DNA of 64,000 nucleotides from Vicinamibacterales bacterium. GTDB taxonomy: Bacteria > Acidobacteriota > Vicinamibacteria > Vicinamibacterales > SCN-69-37. Where the stretch lies: the NCBI GenBank assembly GCA_038319675.1, contig JBBQDM010000002.1, positions 273,562 to 337,561 of the forward strand, written 5' to 3'. Below the pieces are notes generated by a model that had not been told where the DNA came from, searched no databases, and saw only the letters and a list, made by a program, of their open reading frames with translations. The position numbers were made by a program, and so were the translations under genes. This document shows, piece by piece, positions 18,814 through 28,147 of the stretch; within the stretch, counting starts at the first letter, position 1; each line of letters begins with the position of its first letter.

Positions 18814-20091
18814 ATGATTAACCGCCGCGAGTTTGTTGGCATCACCCTCGGCGCCGGCGCTGCGCTTGCGCTCACCCCGGAACTGCTCTTCGCACAGACG
18901 CGCGGAACGCTCATGCAGCGGGCCATCCCGTCCTCCGGTGAGATGGTCCCGATCATCAGTTTCGGGGCCAGGCCCACTGATGACGCCTCGATCAAGGCAA
19001 TCCTCAGGACGCTGCTCGACAATGGCGGCAAAGTCGTCGACGTACTGCACGGCGGGCCTGCGGGCGAGCAGGGCGCCCGCATGGCTGCGGCCGAGCTCGG
19101 GATTCAGGACAAGTTCATCTGGTCAACGCCCCTGACCCTCATGCCCCCCTTCGTGCCCGGAGCACCGCCGCCGAAGCCCGACCCCGTCGCCACGAAAGCA
19201 GCGCTCGAGGAGAAGTTCGCGACGTTCAAGGTGCCCAGAATCGACCTGGTCATGGTGGGCTCCCACACCGACATGCCGACGTACCTCCCCATGCTGAGGG
19301 AGATGAAAAAGGAAGGACGCATCCGCTACATCGGCGTGCATCACCTCGCCTTCCCAGACAACGGGCCCCAGACCCCATTCGGCAGCCTCGAGTCGGCCAT
19401 GCGCAGCGAGCAGATCGATATCATCGGCACCGACTACAACCTGGGCGACCGACGCATCGAGGAGACGATTCTTCCCCTGGCCCAGGAGCGAAAGATCGGC
19501 GTGCTGGCGTACTTTCCCTTTGACCGCGGCCGCATGTTCCAGCGCGCGAGCAGCACTCCCCTGCCGGAGTGGGCCGCCGAGTTCGACGCCAAGACGTGGG
19601 CGCAGTTCTTCCTGAAGTACGTCATCAGTCACCCGGCCGTCGTCATGGCCCGTACGGGGACGACCAATGCGGCGCACATGCTCGAGAACATCGGCGCCGG
19701 CATCGGCCGTCTGCCGGACGAGGCGACGCGGAGGCGGATGGCGCAACTCATGGATACCTTGCCCCCGACACCACCCCCGGGGCCGGCAAAGCCCCAGACA
19801 CCTCAAGGACCCACGGTGGTGCTGTCCGCGGCCATCCTTGACCGCTACGTCGGTGAGTACTCGTCGGCGTCAGGATTCACGGCGATCTTCCGCCGCGACG
19901 GGGACAAGCTGATCGTGAAACCGGGCAACAACCCGGAGGCAGCCCTCATCCCCCGATCAGAGACGCGCTTTCAAGACCCACGGGGCCCCTTCTTCGACTT
20001 CGAACTCGACGGTCAGGGAAGGGTGGCCGGTGCCGTTCTGGAGCAACAGGGGCCGCAGGGTACGCAGAAGATCCCGTTGCAGCGGAAGTAG
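18814..20091 (+). CDS. Tat-signal aldo/keto reductase with C-terminal DUF3471-like domain
   Basis: Trimmed to ATG 18814. MINRREFVGITLGAGAALALTP carries a twin-arginine motif. An AKR-like (beta/alpha)8 core follows. The last ~90 aa (LDRYVGEYSS...FRRDGDKLIVKP) resemble the C-terminal domain found on beta-lactamase-like hydrolases. Confidence 0.7.
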   Translation: MINRREFVGITLGAGAALALTPELLFAQTRGTLMQRAIPSSGEMVPIISFGARPTDDASIKAILRTLLDNGGKVVDVLHGGPAGEQGARMAAAELGIQDKFIWSTPLTLMPPFVPGAPPPKPDPVATKAALEEKFATFKVPRIDLVMVGSHTDMPTYLPMLREMKKEGRIRYIGVHHLAFPDNGPQTPFGSLESAMRSEQIDIIGTDYNLGDRRIEETILPLAQERKIGVLAYFPFDRGRMFQRASSTPLPEWAAEFDAKTWAQFFLKYVISHPAVVMARTGTTNAAHMLENIGAGIGRLPDEATRRRMAQLMDTLPPTPPPGPAKPQTPQGPTVVLSAAILDRYVGEYSSASGFTAIFRRDGDKLIVKPGNNPEAALIPRSETRFQDPRGPFFDFELDGQGRVAGAVLEQQGPQGTQKIPLQRK

Positions 20092-20099
20092 CGAGACGA

Positions 20100-21335
20100 G
20101 TGAAGCCGGCAATCGCTCTGGTGGCCTTGCTCGTTCTACTGACCGCGCTGGCGGCAGCCGGTGCCCAAACCAGCACCGACTGGCCGCAGTGGCGCGGGCC
20201 GAATCGCGATGGTTCCGTCGACGCCGCCCTGCCCGACCAGTGGCCGGACGCGCTGACGAAACGCTGGGAGGTCCCGGTCGGCATCGGGCATGCCTCGCCG
20301 GTGGTGGCCGGCAATCGGATCGTGGTGATCGCTCGTGAGGGCGATGAAGAAGTTGTGCGCGCCCTCGATCTGGCATCCGGCAAGGAGATCTGGCGCGCGA
20401 AGTATCCCGCGCCATTCGATGTCAATCCCGCCGCACGGTCGCACGGTCCCGGCCCGAAGTCCACGCCGGCCATTGCCGGCGGCCGCGTCTTCACGCTTGG
20501 GATCAGCGGCATCCTGTCGGCCTTCGATCTGGCGAGCGGCGCGCTTCTTTGGCGAATACCGGCGCCCGCCGCGCTGCCTGACTACGGAACAACGACGTCG
20601 CCGCTCATTGATGGACACAACGTCATCGCCCATCTCGGTGGGTCTGAGGATGGTGCGCTGACGTCATTGGACGCGGCAACCGGCAAGCCGCGCTGGCAGT
20701 GGACGGGCGACGGACCCGGCCACGGGTCGCCGATCATCGCGACGATCAGCGGCGTTCGTCAGGTGATCACGCAGACGCAGAAGCTCCTTGTTGGCTTGGA
20801 TCCTTCCACGGGCACGTTGCTGTGGCAGATGTCGTTCACGACCGACTTCGACCAGAACGCCTTCACACCTGTCATCTTTGACGATCTGCTGATCAACGCC
20901 GGACTCGACCACCCGCTCACCGCCACCCGGCTGACGCTCGCTGAGGGCACGTGGAGCGGCGAAGCAGTCTGGAACAATCCGCAGACGCCGATGTTTATGA
21001 GTTCGCCGGTGCTCATCGGCGGGACGATCTATGGTCTGACCTACCGGGGTCTTGGCCAGTTCGTCGCGGTGGACGCTGCCAGCGGCAAGACGCTCTGGAA
21101 CACACAGGGTCGCGAGGGTGAGAACGCCTCGATGCTCGGCAGCCGTGCGTGGCTGCTTGCCTCAACAACGGACGGCCACCTGGTCGTCGCGCGAGCGAAC
21201 CCTCAACAATTCGAAGAGGTGCGCCGATATCAGATTACGCAGTCCGCGCTGTGGGCGCATCCCGCCATCACACACAACTCAATCATCGTCAAGGACGCCG
21301 ATACACTGATCTGCTGGAACTTTTTGCCCGTCTAA
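20100..21335 (+). CDS. PQQ-like (BamB-type) beta-propeller repeat protein, exported
   Basis: Signal peptide, then DWPQWRGPNRDG and repeated propeller blades. GTG start 8 nt after the AKR stop. Confidence 0.75.
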   Translation: MKPAIALVALLVLLTALAAAGAQTSTDWPQWRGPNRDGSVDAALPDQWPDALTKRWEVPVGIGHASPVVAGNRIVVIAREGDEEVVRALDLASGKEIWRAKYPAPFDVNPAARSHGPGPKSTPAIAGGRVFTLGISGILSAFDLASGALLWRIPAPAALPDYGTTTSPLIDGHNVIAHLGGSEDGALTSLDAATGKPRWQWTGDGPGHGSPIIATISGVRQVITQTQKLLVGLDPSTGTLLWQMSFTTDFDQNAFTPVIFDDLLINAGLDHPLTATRLTLAEGTWSGEAVWNNPQTPMFMSSPVLIGGTIYGLTYRGLGQFVAVDAASGKTLWNTQGREGENASMLGSRAWLLASTTDGHLVVARANPQQFEEVRRYQITQSALWAHPAITHNSIIVKDADTLICWNFLPV

Positions 21336-21410
21336 TTGCTCCGCGCATTCAGCCTACCGACGCTCTCAGAAGTTGAAGGGAAGCTGTCGGCAGGCCGCTA
21401 TGATGGCTAG

Positions 21411-22850
21411 ATGGCAGGCTGGCGGCTCGAACACACGTATGCGGCGCTACCGCCGCTGTTTTTCTCCGACGTGCGGCCGACGCCGGTGGCGGAGCCGCAG
21501 ATGGTCGTGTTCAACGCGCCACTCGCGGTGGAACTGGGCCTCGATCCTGACGAGTTGAACAGTCGCGACGGCGCGCACATCTTTGCAGGCAATGTGTTGC
21601 CTCCAGGCGCACGGCCCATCGCACAGGCGTACGCGGGCCACCAGTTCGGCCACTTCACCGCTCTGGGAGACGGGCGGGCGATTCTGCTTGGGGAGCAGGT
21701 CACACCATCCGGGGAGCGGCTCGATATCCAGTTAAAAGGCCCAGGTCCCACGCCGTACGCGCGACGCGGAGACGGTCGTGCCGCGCTTGGACCGATGCTG
21801 CGGGAATACATCATCAGCGAGGCCATGTACGCGCTGGGCATTCCGACCACCCGCAGCCTGGCCGTCGTGACCACGGGTGACCCGGTGTACCGCGAATCCG
21901 CGCTGGCAGGCGCCATCCTCACGCGCGTGGCATCGAGCCACATTCGAGTGGGAACGATGCAGTGGGCGGCGGTGCACAAGGATCAGCCGGCGCTCGAGGC
22001 CCTGTCGAACTACACACGGAAGCGGCACTACCCCACCATCCCCGATGGTGACGAGTCGCACCTGATGCTGCTCGATGCGATCATCGAGCGACAGGCGGCG
22101 CTCATCGCACGCTGGCAGCTCGTGGGCTTTATCCATGGCGTGATGAACACCGACAACATGGCGCTGTCGGGCGAGACCATCGACTACGGACCGTGCGCGT
22201 TCATGGACGCGTACGGGCCAGACACCGTGTTCAGCTCCATCGACGCTGGCGGCAGATATGCGTACGGCAATCAACCGGCGATCGCGTTGTGGAATCTGGC
22301 GCGGCTGGCCGAAGCGATGCTGCCGCTCTTCGATCCCGACAGCGAGCAGGCCGTGACTCGTGCGACAGCCTCGCTCGACCGCTTCGACGATCTCTTCGCC
22401 CGCCATTGGCTGGACGGCATGCGAGCCAAACTCGGCCTCTTCACGCACGAACCCGAGGACCTGCCGCTTGTTGAGGACCTGCTGACGTGGATGCACCAGC
22501 AGTCCGCCGACTTCACCAATACCTTCCGCGCGCTGACTGCGGGCAACCTGCCCGATCGAGCCGATCCGGCCTTCGACGCGTGGCATCTGCGCCTGACGGC
22601 GCGACGAGCTCGTCAGCCGCAGTCGCACACCGAGGTACACGCGTTGATGCGCGGTGCCAATCCGGCCGTCATTCCTCGCAACCACTTGGTGGAGGCGGCC
22701 CTTCAGGCGGCAACAACTACCGGTGATCTGTCGGTGATGACCGGCCTGCTCGACGTGCTCGCGACGCCATTCGACCACAACCGCGACGTGCCCTCGTTCA
22801 CCGCACCGGGCGATCCGGACCTTCCCTATCGCACGTTCTGCGGCACCTGA
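21411..22850 (+). CDS. selO: protein adenylyltransferase SelO (YdiU/UPF0061)
   Basis: 479 aa. AYAGHQFGHF and GDGRA pseudokinase motifs, HGVMNTDNM, and a C-terminal TFCGT. Confidence 0.9.
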   Translation: MAGWRLEHTYAALPPLFFSDVRPTPVAEPQMVVFNAPLAVELGLDPDELNSRDGAHIFAGNVLPPGARPIAQAYAGHQFGHFTALGDGRAILLGEQVTPSGERLDIQLKGPGPTPYARRGDGRAALGPMLREYIISEAMYALGIPTTRSLAVVTTGDPVYRESALAGAILTRVASSHIRVGTMQWAAVHKDQPALEALSNYTRKRHYPTIPDGDESHLMLLDAIIERQAALIARWQLVGFIHGVMNTDNMALSGETIDYGPCAFMDAYGPDTVFSSIDAGGRYAYGNQPAIALWNLARLAEAMLPLFDPDSEQAVTRATASLDRFDDLFARHWLDGMRAKLGLFTHEPEDLPLVEDLLTWMHQQSADFTNTFRALTAGNLPDRADPAFDAWHLRLTARRARQPQSHTEVHALMRGANPAVIPRNHLVEAALQAATTTGDLSVMTGLLDVLATPFDHNRDVPSFTAPGDPDLPYRTFCGT

Positions 22851-22875
22851 ATCCCATCAGTCATACTACTGACGA

Positions 22876-24009
22876 ATGTCAGTGCTCCCCCCTCCCGTAC
22901 TTGTCGCTGATGCGGCGACACTCTCGAATCTGGTGACCGACCTTGCGGCCAGCACGACCGTTGCCGTGGATACGGAATCCAACAGCCTCCACGCTTATCG
23001 CGAGCGGGTATGTCTGCTGCAGTTCTCCACAGCCACCACCGACTACATCGTCGATCCACTTGCGCTTCCGGATCTGAACGCACTCGCCCCCTTCTTCGCG
23101 AGTCCTGCACACGAGAAGATCTTTCACGCGGCGGAAGGAGACGTGATGGGCCTGCGGCGCGACTTCCAGTTCACGTTCGCGAACATCTTTGACACGATGT
23201 CGGCCGCGCGCACGCTAGGCTGGCCGCACGTGGGCCTGGCGGCAGTACTCAAGACCGAGTTCGACGTCACCCTGAGCAAAACCCATCAGCGCGCCGATTG
23301 GGGACGACGCCCGTTGAGGACCGACATGCTCGACTACGCGCGGCTGGATACCCACTACCTGCCGTCGCTCCGCGATCGGCTGTACACCGCGCTAACCGAG
23401 GGCGGCCTCTGGCCGGAGGCGCTCGAAGACTTCGAACGTGTTGCCAGAACGCAACCAGCGGCGGTGAATCTGGCGGCGGACCCGCAAGCGTTCTGGCGCG
23501 TAAAGGGCGCCCGCCTGCTCACGCCTCAGCAAGCGGCGGTCCTCCAGGCGGTGTACGCGTATCGTGACGGAGAATCGGCGCGAACGAATCAGCCGCCCTT
23601 CAAAGTCATCGGCGAGCCCACACTGCTCGACATCGCCCAGCGCACCCCGCAGACCCTTGATGACTTGAAAGGCATCGTCGCCATGACCCCGGGCCAGATT
23701 CACCGGCATGGCCGGGCGCTGCTCCGCGCCGTCCAGGATGGCCGTGGCGCAACGCCCCCGTCACCGCCTCTCGTGGAGCGGGAGCCCGACGATGTGCGGG
23801 ATCGGTATGACCGGTTGCAGCAGTGGCGCAAGACACGGGCGCAGGCGCGCGGCGTCGAATCGGACGTTATCCTGCCGCGCACCACGCTGTGGGACCTCGC
23901 GCGTCGGCCACCTCGCACGCTCGTCGACCTGGCCGAAATCGTTGACTTCGGCCCCACACGACGCGCCATGTACGGCCAGGAGATTCTGGCGGTGGTCGCC
24001 GGCGCGTAG
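22876..24009 (+). CDS. rnd: ribonuclease D (DEDDy 3'-5' exonuclease + HRDC)
   Basis: VDTESNSLHAYRERVCLLQ Exo I motif, HAAEGD, and a C-terminal HRDC-like region. Confidence 0.85.
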   Translation: MSVLPPPVLVADAATLSNLVTDLAASTTVAVDTESNSLHAYRERVCLLQFSTATTDYIVDPLALPDLNALAPFFASPAHEKIFHAAEGDVMGLRRDFQFTFANIFDTMSAARTLGWPHVGLAAVLKTEFDVTLSKTHQRADWGRRPLRTDMLDYARLDTHYLPSLRDRLYTALTEGGLWPEALEDFERVARTQPAAVNLAADPQAFWRVKGARLLTPQQAAVLQAVYAYRDGESARTNQPPFKVIGEPTLLDIAQRTPQTLDDLKGIVAMTPGQIHRHGRALLRAVQDGRGATPPSPPLVEREPDDVRDRYDRLQQWRKTRAQARGVESDVILPRTTLWDLARRPPRTLVDLAEIVDFGPTRRAMYGQEILAVVAGA

Positions 24010-24037
24010 GAGCAAGCCAGCCCCTGTCGATGCAGGC

Positions 24038-25654
24038 CTACTGACCGGCCGGCTTGCGGGGCACTCGCGCGTCGGCCATCGCGGCATGGTACGCAAAGGC
24101 CGCCATGATCACCGCGTTTCGCTTCAAGTCCTCGGCAGGGATCGTCTCGATGAAGTCGAGATTGGTGTGGCCACCGGTGCCCCCCGTGCGATCCTGCAGA
24201 AACTGAAATCCCGGCAGGCCGACACGATCAAACGAGATGTGATCGGTGCTGCCGACGCCGCGTGGAGACACGGTGGTCATGCCAAGGTCGTGAAACGGCC
24301 GCGTCCACGCGGTGAGCATCTCACGCGCGGCCTCGTTGCCCTGAAGGTAAATGCCTCGGTACTGGCCGGGACCGTAATCCTGATTGAAGTACGCCGAGAA
24401 GTGCTCGTAGGCGGGAGTGACGCCGCCTGTCGCGGCCGGATCTCCAAACGTCTGCAGCACGTACTCACGTGATCCGTGCAACCCCTGTTCCTCACCGGCC
24501 CAGAGCGCCGCGCGAATCGTCCGACGGGGCGTGGCCCCTGCCACACGCAGCAGACGCATGGCCTCAAGAACCACGGCGACACCCGAACTGTTGTCGCTGG
24601 CGTTTGGGCTGGCGTGCCAGGTGTCGAAGTGTGCGCCGATCATCACCACTTCGTTCTTCAGATCGGTCCCGGGGATCTCGCCAAAGAGATTTCGCGCGTG
24701 TTCCCGGGTCTCGCCGATGCGATTGCGGATCTCAATCTCCACCGTCACCGGAACGTCGCGCTCGCGCAGGCGATACATCCGGTTGTAGTGCTCAGGAGTG
24801 ATCGCGACGATGGCCGGGGACGCCAGTGACTCGTCCCGGCCCCAGTTGTCGGTCCTGGTGCCTGGCCGGCCAAAGCCGCGCACCGCCCCTGGCCAGCCAC
24901 TCTCCGACTGGAACACGGCGATGACGCCTTCGGATTTGTAAAACTCCATCTTCTCTTCGGGCCGCACGACCGCGGTCGCCGGAGCCCTGGCCGGCGCACT
25001 CGCCGGAGGCGCGGCCGCTGTGGCCGGCGTCGTCGGCGGCGCGGCTGGTGGCGGCGCCGGCTGCGCGAGCAGGGCCAAGTCGGCTTCCGTGTACCGCGGT
25101 ACGCCGCGGCGATACACCTCCTGATTCACGACCGCCGGTGCGGTGGCCAATACCAACGTGCCTCGCAGCGTCCCTCGCAGACGGTCGAGATCCGCCCGCG
25201 AGCGAATCTCGCCAATCACCACCGGCGCCAGGTGTTTGCCGTTCGTCCCTGGCGTATGCGTGATGGGATATCCCACCATCGGTTGATAGTCCGGCGTCAT
25301 CAGATGCAACGACGTGTATTCGTTGTCCCAGCGGATGCCGAAGTCCATGAACGGCTGTGCCACCACATTGCCGAGGTCGAGTGACCGCATGTGGTCGAGC
25401 GCCCACTCCTGCGCGCGAGCCATGTCGTTGCTGAGGGTCAGTCTCGCCCCGAGCACGTCGGTGACATACGACAAGGTCTCCATCACCCGGGAGCGCTCGA
25501 GACCTTCCGTCCGCAGCTTCTGCACCATCCCCTCATCGACGAGCGGACGCTGCGGACGCGTGGCGGCGCGCGGCTGCGCCAGCAGCAGCGCCGCGATCAG
25601 GGCGACGCACAACGCCGCGAAGCGGGAGGGAGCAGGATAGGACATGCGCGACAT
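24038..25654 (-). CDS. M28-family metallo-aminopeptidase (secreted), paralog of 15143..16615
   Basis: Trimmed from 25966 to ATG 25654 or 25645, before a signal peptide. IGAHFDTWH, ASDNSSG and AGEEQGLHGSREY motifs. Carries an Ala/Pro-rich insert. Confidence 0.85.
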   Translation of the reverse strand: MSRMSYPAPSRFAALCVALIAALLLAQPRAATRPQRPLVDEGMVQKLRTEGLERSRVMETLSYVTDVLGARLTLSNDMARAQEWALDHMRSLDLGNVVAQPFMDFGIRWDNEYTSLHLMTPDYQPMVGYPITHTPGTNGKHLAPVVIGEIRSRADLDRLRGTLRGTLVLATAPAVVNQEVYRRGVPRYTEADLALLAQPAPPPAAPPTTPATAAAPPASAPARAPATAVVRPEEKMEFYKSEGVIAVFQSESGWPGAVRGFGRPGTRTDNWGRDESLASPAIVAITPEHYNRMYRLRERDVPVTVEIEIRNRIGETREHARNLFGEIPGTDLKNEVVMIGAHFDTWHASPNASDNSSGVAVVLEAMRLLRVAGATPRRTIRAALWAGEEQGLHGSREYVLQTFGDPAATGGVTPAYEHFSAYFNQDYGPGQYRGIYLQGNEAAREMLTAWTRPFHDLGMTTVSPRGVGSTDHISFDRVGLPGFQFLQDRTGGTGGHTNLDFIETIPAEDLKRNAVIMAAFAYHAAMADARVPRKPAGQ

Positions 25655-25709
25655 TATGCACCACCGCCGCTCGCGCGGGGCTGCCGGTCGGCGGCCAATC
25701 GCCGGTAGA

Positions 25710-27035
25710 ATGCCGTCCATGCCTCGCACATCCCTGCACACCGTTCTGGCCTTGATCGCCCTGCTGGCCGTCTCTGTCCCGTCGCTGAGCGCGCAGGAGG
25801 CGCGCCGTCGCTGGGAACTGCAGCGGCAGATCCGGCTCGACAAGTTCGAGCAGATCCTGCCACACGCGATGCACGACCACGCCATCGACATGTGGATCGT
25901 GGCCGTGAAGGAGAACCACACGGATCCGCTCTGGGAGGATCTGGGCCGCGGGTATGTCACCGGCATCGGCTACTACGTGTTCACCATGCGGGGGCCCGGC
26001 CGCGTCGAACGCGCCGCCCTGGGTCCCTCGGGCTACATGCTCGAACAGTCAGGCGCCTACGACATCTTCGGCCCCGCCTCCCAACTGGCGCAATTCGTCC
26101 GCGCGCGTGACCCGAAACGCATCGGCGTCAACATGTCGCAGGAGATGGGCACCGCCGACGGCCTGACGCACACGATGCACGCGCATCTCGTCACGACCCT
26201 GGGAGAGACGTACGGCACCCGCCTGGTCAGCGCCGAGCGACTGGTCAGTGACTTCCGCTCCCATCGCGTCGCGGCCGAAATTGTTGCGTACGGAGAAGCT
26301 GCCGGGATCGCCGTCCAGCTTGCAGAACGCGCCCTCTCCAACGAAGTCATCACCCCCGGCAAGACGTCACTTGAAGAGGCCGCCTGGTGGTTGCAGGACC
26401 GCCTGCTTGAACGCGGGCTCGGCTCCTCATTCGACATGCCTTCGGTCTACGTCACCGGCCCGGACGGCATCGTCGCCACCTCTAACGCGTATGTCGTGCA
26501 GCCAGGCGACGTGATCATGATCGACTGGGGCGTTGTCCTGATGAACATGGCCACCGACGTGAAGCGAGTTGCGTACGTCCTGAAGCCTGGTGAGACCCGT
26601 CCACCGGCCAGCATCCAGGCCGCCTTCGACAAAGCCATCGCCGTGCGGGACGTACTCAAGCCGGCGTTGTCTCCCGGCCGCACGGCGGCGGAGACCATGA
26701 CAGTGATGGATGCGGCCCTCGCCAAGGCCGGGTACGGCGTCATCGCGTTCAACCGACCGAACGCCGACGACGAGACCGATGTCGTCTATGGCTTTCACCC
26801 GGTCGGCAACGCCGGTCACGACGTCGGTCCTTCGATGACGACGTGGCAGCCGCTGCAGCAGACGTTCACGCTGCATCGACAGCACATGTTTTCGTTCGAG
26901 TACTTCGCCTATTCGCCCATCGCAGAATGGGGCGGCAAGAAGTTGCGCATCCCTATCGAAGACAGCGCGATCGTCATGGAGCGCGGTGTGCAGTTCCTGC
27001 ACGCCGCGAATCACCGATTGCTGGTCATCCGGTAG
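25710..27035 (+). CDS. M24-family metallopeptidase (Xaa-Pro aminopeptidase-like), secreted
   Basis: Trimmed to ATG 25710 (MPSMPRTSLHTVLALIALLAVSVPSLSAQ). A creatinase-like N-domain and a pita-bread C-domain pattern. Confidence 0.7.
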   Translation: MPSMPRTSLHTVLALIALLAVSVPSLSAQEARRRWELQRQIRLDKFEQILPHAMHDHAIDMWIVAVKENHTDPLWEDLGRGYVTGIGYYVFTMRGPGRVERAALGPSGYMLEQSGAYDIFGPASQLAQFVRARDPKRIGVNMSQEMGTADGLTHTMHAHLVTTLGETYGTRLVSAERLVSDFRSHRVAAEIVAYGEAAGIAVQLAERALSNEVITPGKTSLEEAAWWLQDRLLERGLGSSFDMPSVYVTGPDGIVATSNAYVVQPGDVIMIDWGVVLMNMATDVKRVAYVLKPGETRPPASIQAAFDKAIAVRDVLKPALSPGRTAAETMTVMDAALAKAGYGVIAFNRPNADDETDVVYGFHPVGNAGHDVGPSMTTWQPLQQTFTLHRQHMFSFEYFAYSPIAEWGGKKLRIPIEDSAIVMERGVQFLHAANHRLLVIR

Positions 27036-28095
27036 TCTGCCGGCGGTCCCCCGCTGGCCCATGAGGTGTGCCAGCCGTCCCACCGGATCCGAGGTGCGCC
27101 ACGCCCATCGAGATGCCGAAGCCAAGCAGGATGAACGCCAGCGCACCGCCGATTTGAATCGGCGTAGGCGTGAAGAACGCGGTCTCGAAGTCCTTCGTCT
27201 CGACCACCCGCCCTGTAGTGGCCATGGTCGGCTGCCCATCGACGATGGTGACGCGGTCGCCGCGGAACATGGAGCCTTCAGCCGGCGGCACGCCGTGCTG
27301 GAACGGCCAGAGTCCGATGACGGCGCCGAGCAGCAGCCCCAGCAACAGCCCGAGCGTGGCACGCACGTAGCGCTCAAGCAGCACTTTGACGAGGTTGCTC
27401 ACACCGACCACACCCAGCGCCACGCCAATGCCAAACGGCACAAGCACGTGCATGGCGTCGAACATCACGGCCATGTTGCCCGCGCTCAGCCCATCCTTGA
27501 ACGTGCTGATCGCCGTCAGGATGGTCACGTACTGGCCGAGAATCAGCAGCAGATACCCGCCCGAGATGCCGGGCAGCACCATGGCGGACGCACCCGCGAG
27601 GCCGCCCAGAAAATACATCGCATACGGATGCGAGCCTTCAACCCCCTGCGCTGCTCCGCCCGGTGAGACCAGCGCGATCGCCGCCATCACGGTGATGCCA
27701 ATGAGCGCCGTCACAACGACCACAGAGTCGGCCTGGCGAAGCATCGACCAGAGCAGTGGGACGCCGCCGAGTGTGAGGCCGATGAACAGGCTGTACATCA
27801 TCCAGCGCTGATCGACCACCAGGCTGCTGACGATGCCGGCGAACCCCAGCACGGCGATGAGCGCCCCGCCGACGATGCACCCGAGCGTCAGGAGCGTCTT
27901 CGGCTTGAATGTGAACGTCGAGACTTCGGCGATGCCGTTGATGAACTGCGGGTAAATCCCGACGGCCAGCAGCATCGTCCCGCCCGAGATCCCCGGAACC
28001 AGGTTGGCCAGCCCCATGAAGAGGCCGCCGACCGTGCCTCGCACGGCCAGGGCCTCGCCCCGATACTCCGCTTGTTCTGTTGGTGTGGAATTCAT
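27025..28095 (-). CDS. DUF368 membrane protein (undecaprenyl-phosphate translocase-like family)
   Basis: GLANLVPGISGGTMLL and a second PGISGGYLLLILG motif; about 10 TM helices. Confidence 0.8.
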   Translation of the reverse strand: MNSTPTEQAEYRGEALAVRGTVGGLFMGLANLVPGISGGTMLLAVGIYPQFINGIAEVSTFTFKPKTLLTLGCIVGGALIAVLGFAGIVSSLVVDQRWMMYSLFIGLTLGGVPLLWSMLRQADSVVVVTALIGITVMAAIALVSPGGAAQGVEGSHPYAMYFLGGLAGASAMVLPGISGGYLLLILGQYVTILTAISTFKDGLSAGNMAVMFDAMHVLVPFGIGVALGVVGVSNLVKVLLERYVRATLGLLLGLLLGAVIGLWPFQHGVPPAEGSMFRGDRVTIVDGQPTMATTGRVVETKDFETAFFTPTPIQIGGALAFILLGFGISMGVAHLGSGGTAGTPHGPAGDRRQTTG

Positions 28096-28147
28096 ACGTG
28101 TCTGTAGCCGCCAAGTATACCTTCGGTGACTGCGTCCAGGCGCAGAT

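Noticed and set aside
15143-27035. Clustering of secreted peptidases (two M28, one M24, plus the S9 at 35787) as a possible dedicated proteolytic system.
   Set aside because: The genes are on different strands, separated by unrelated housekeeping genes (selO, rnd, the two-component system), and not operonic. This more likely reflects a peptide-scavenging lifestyle than one system.
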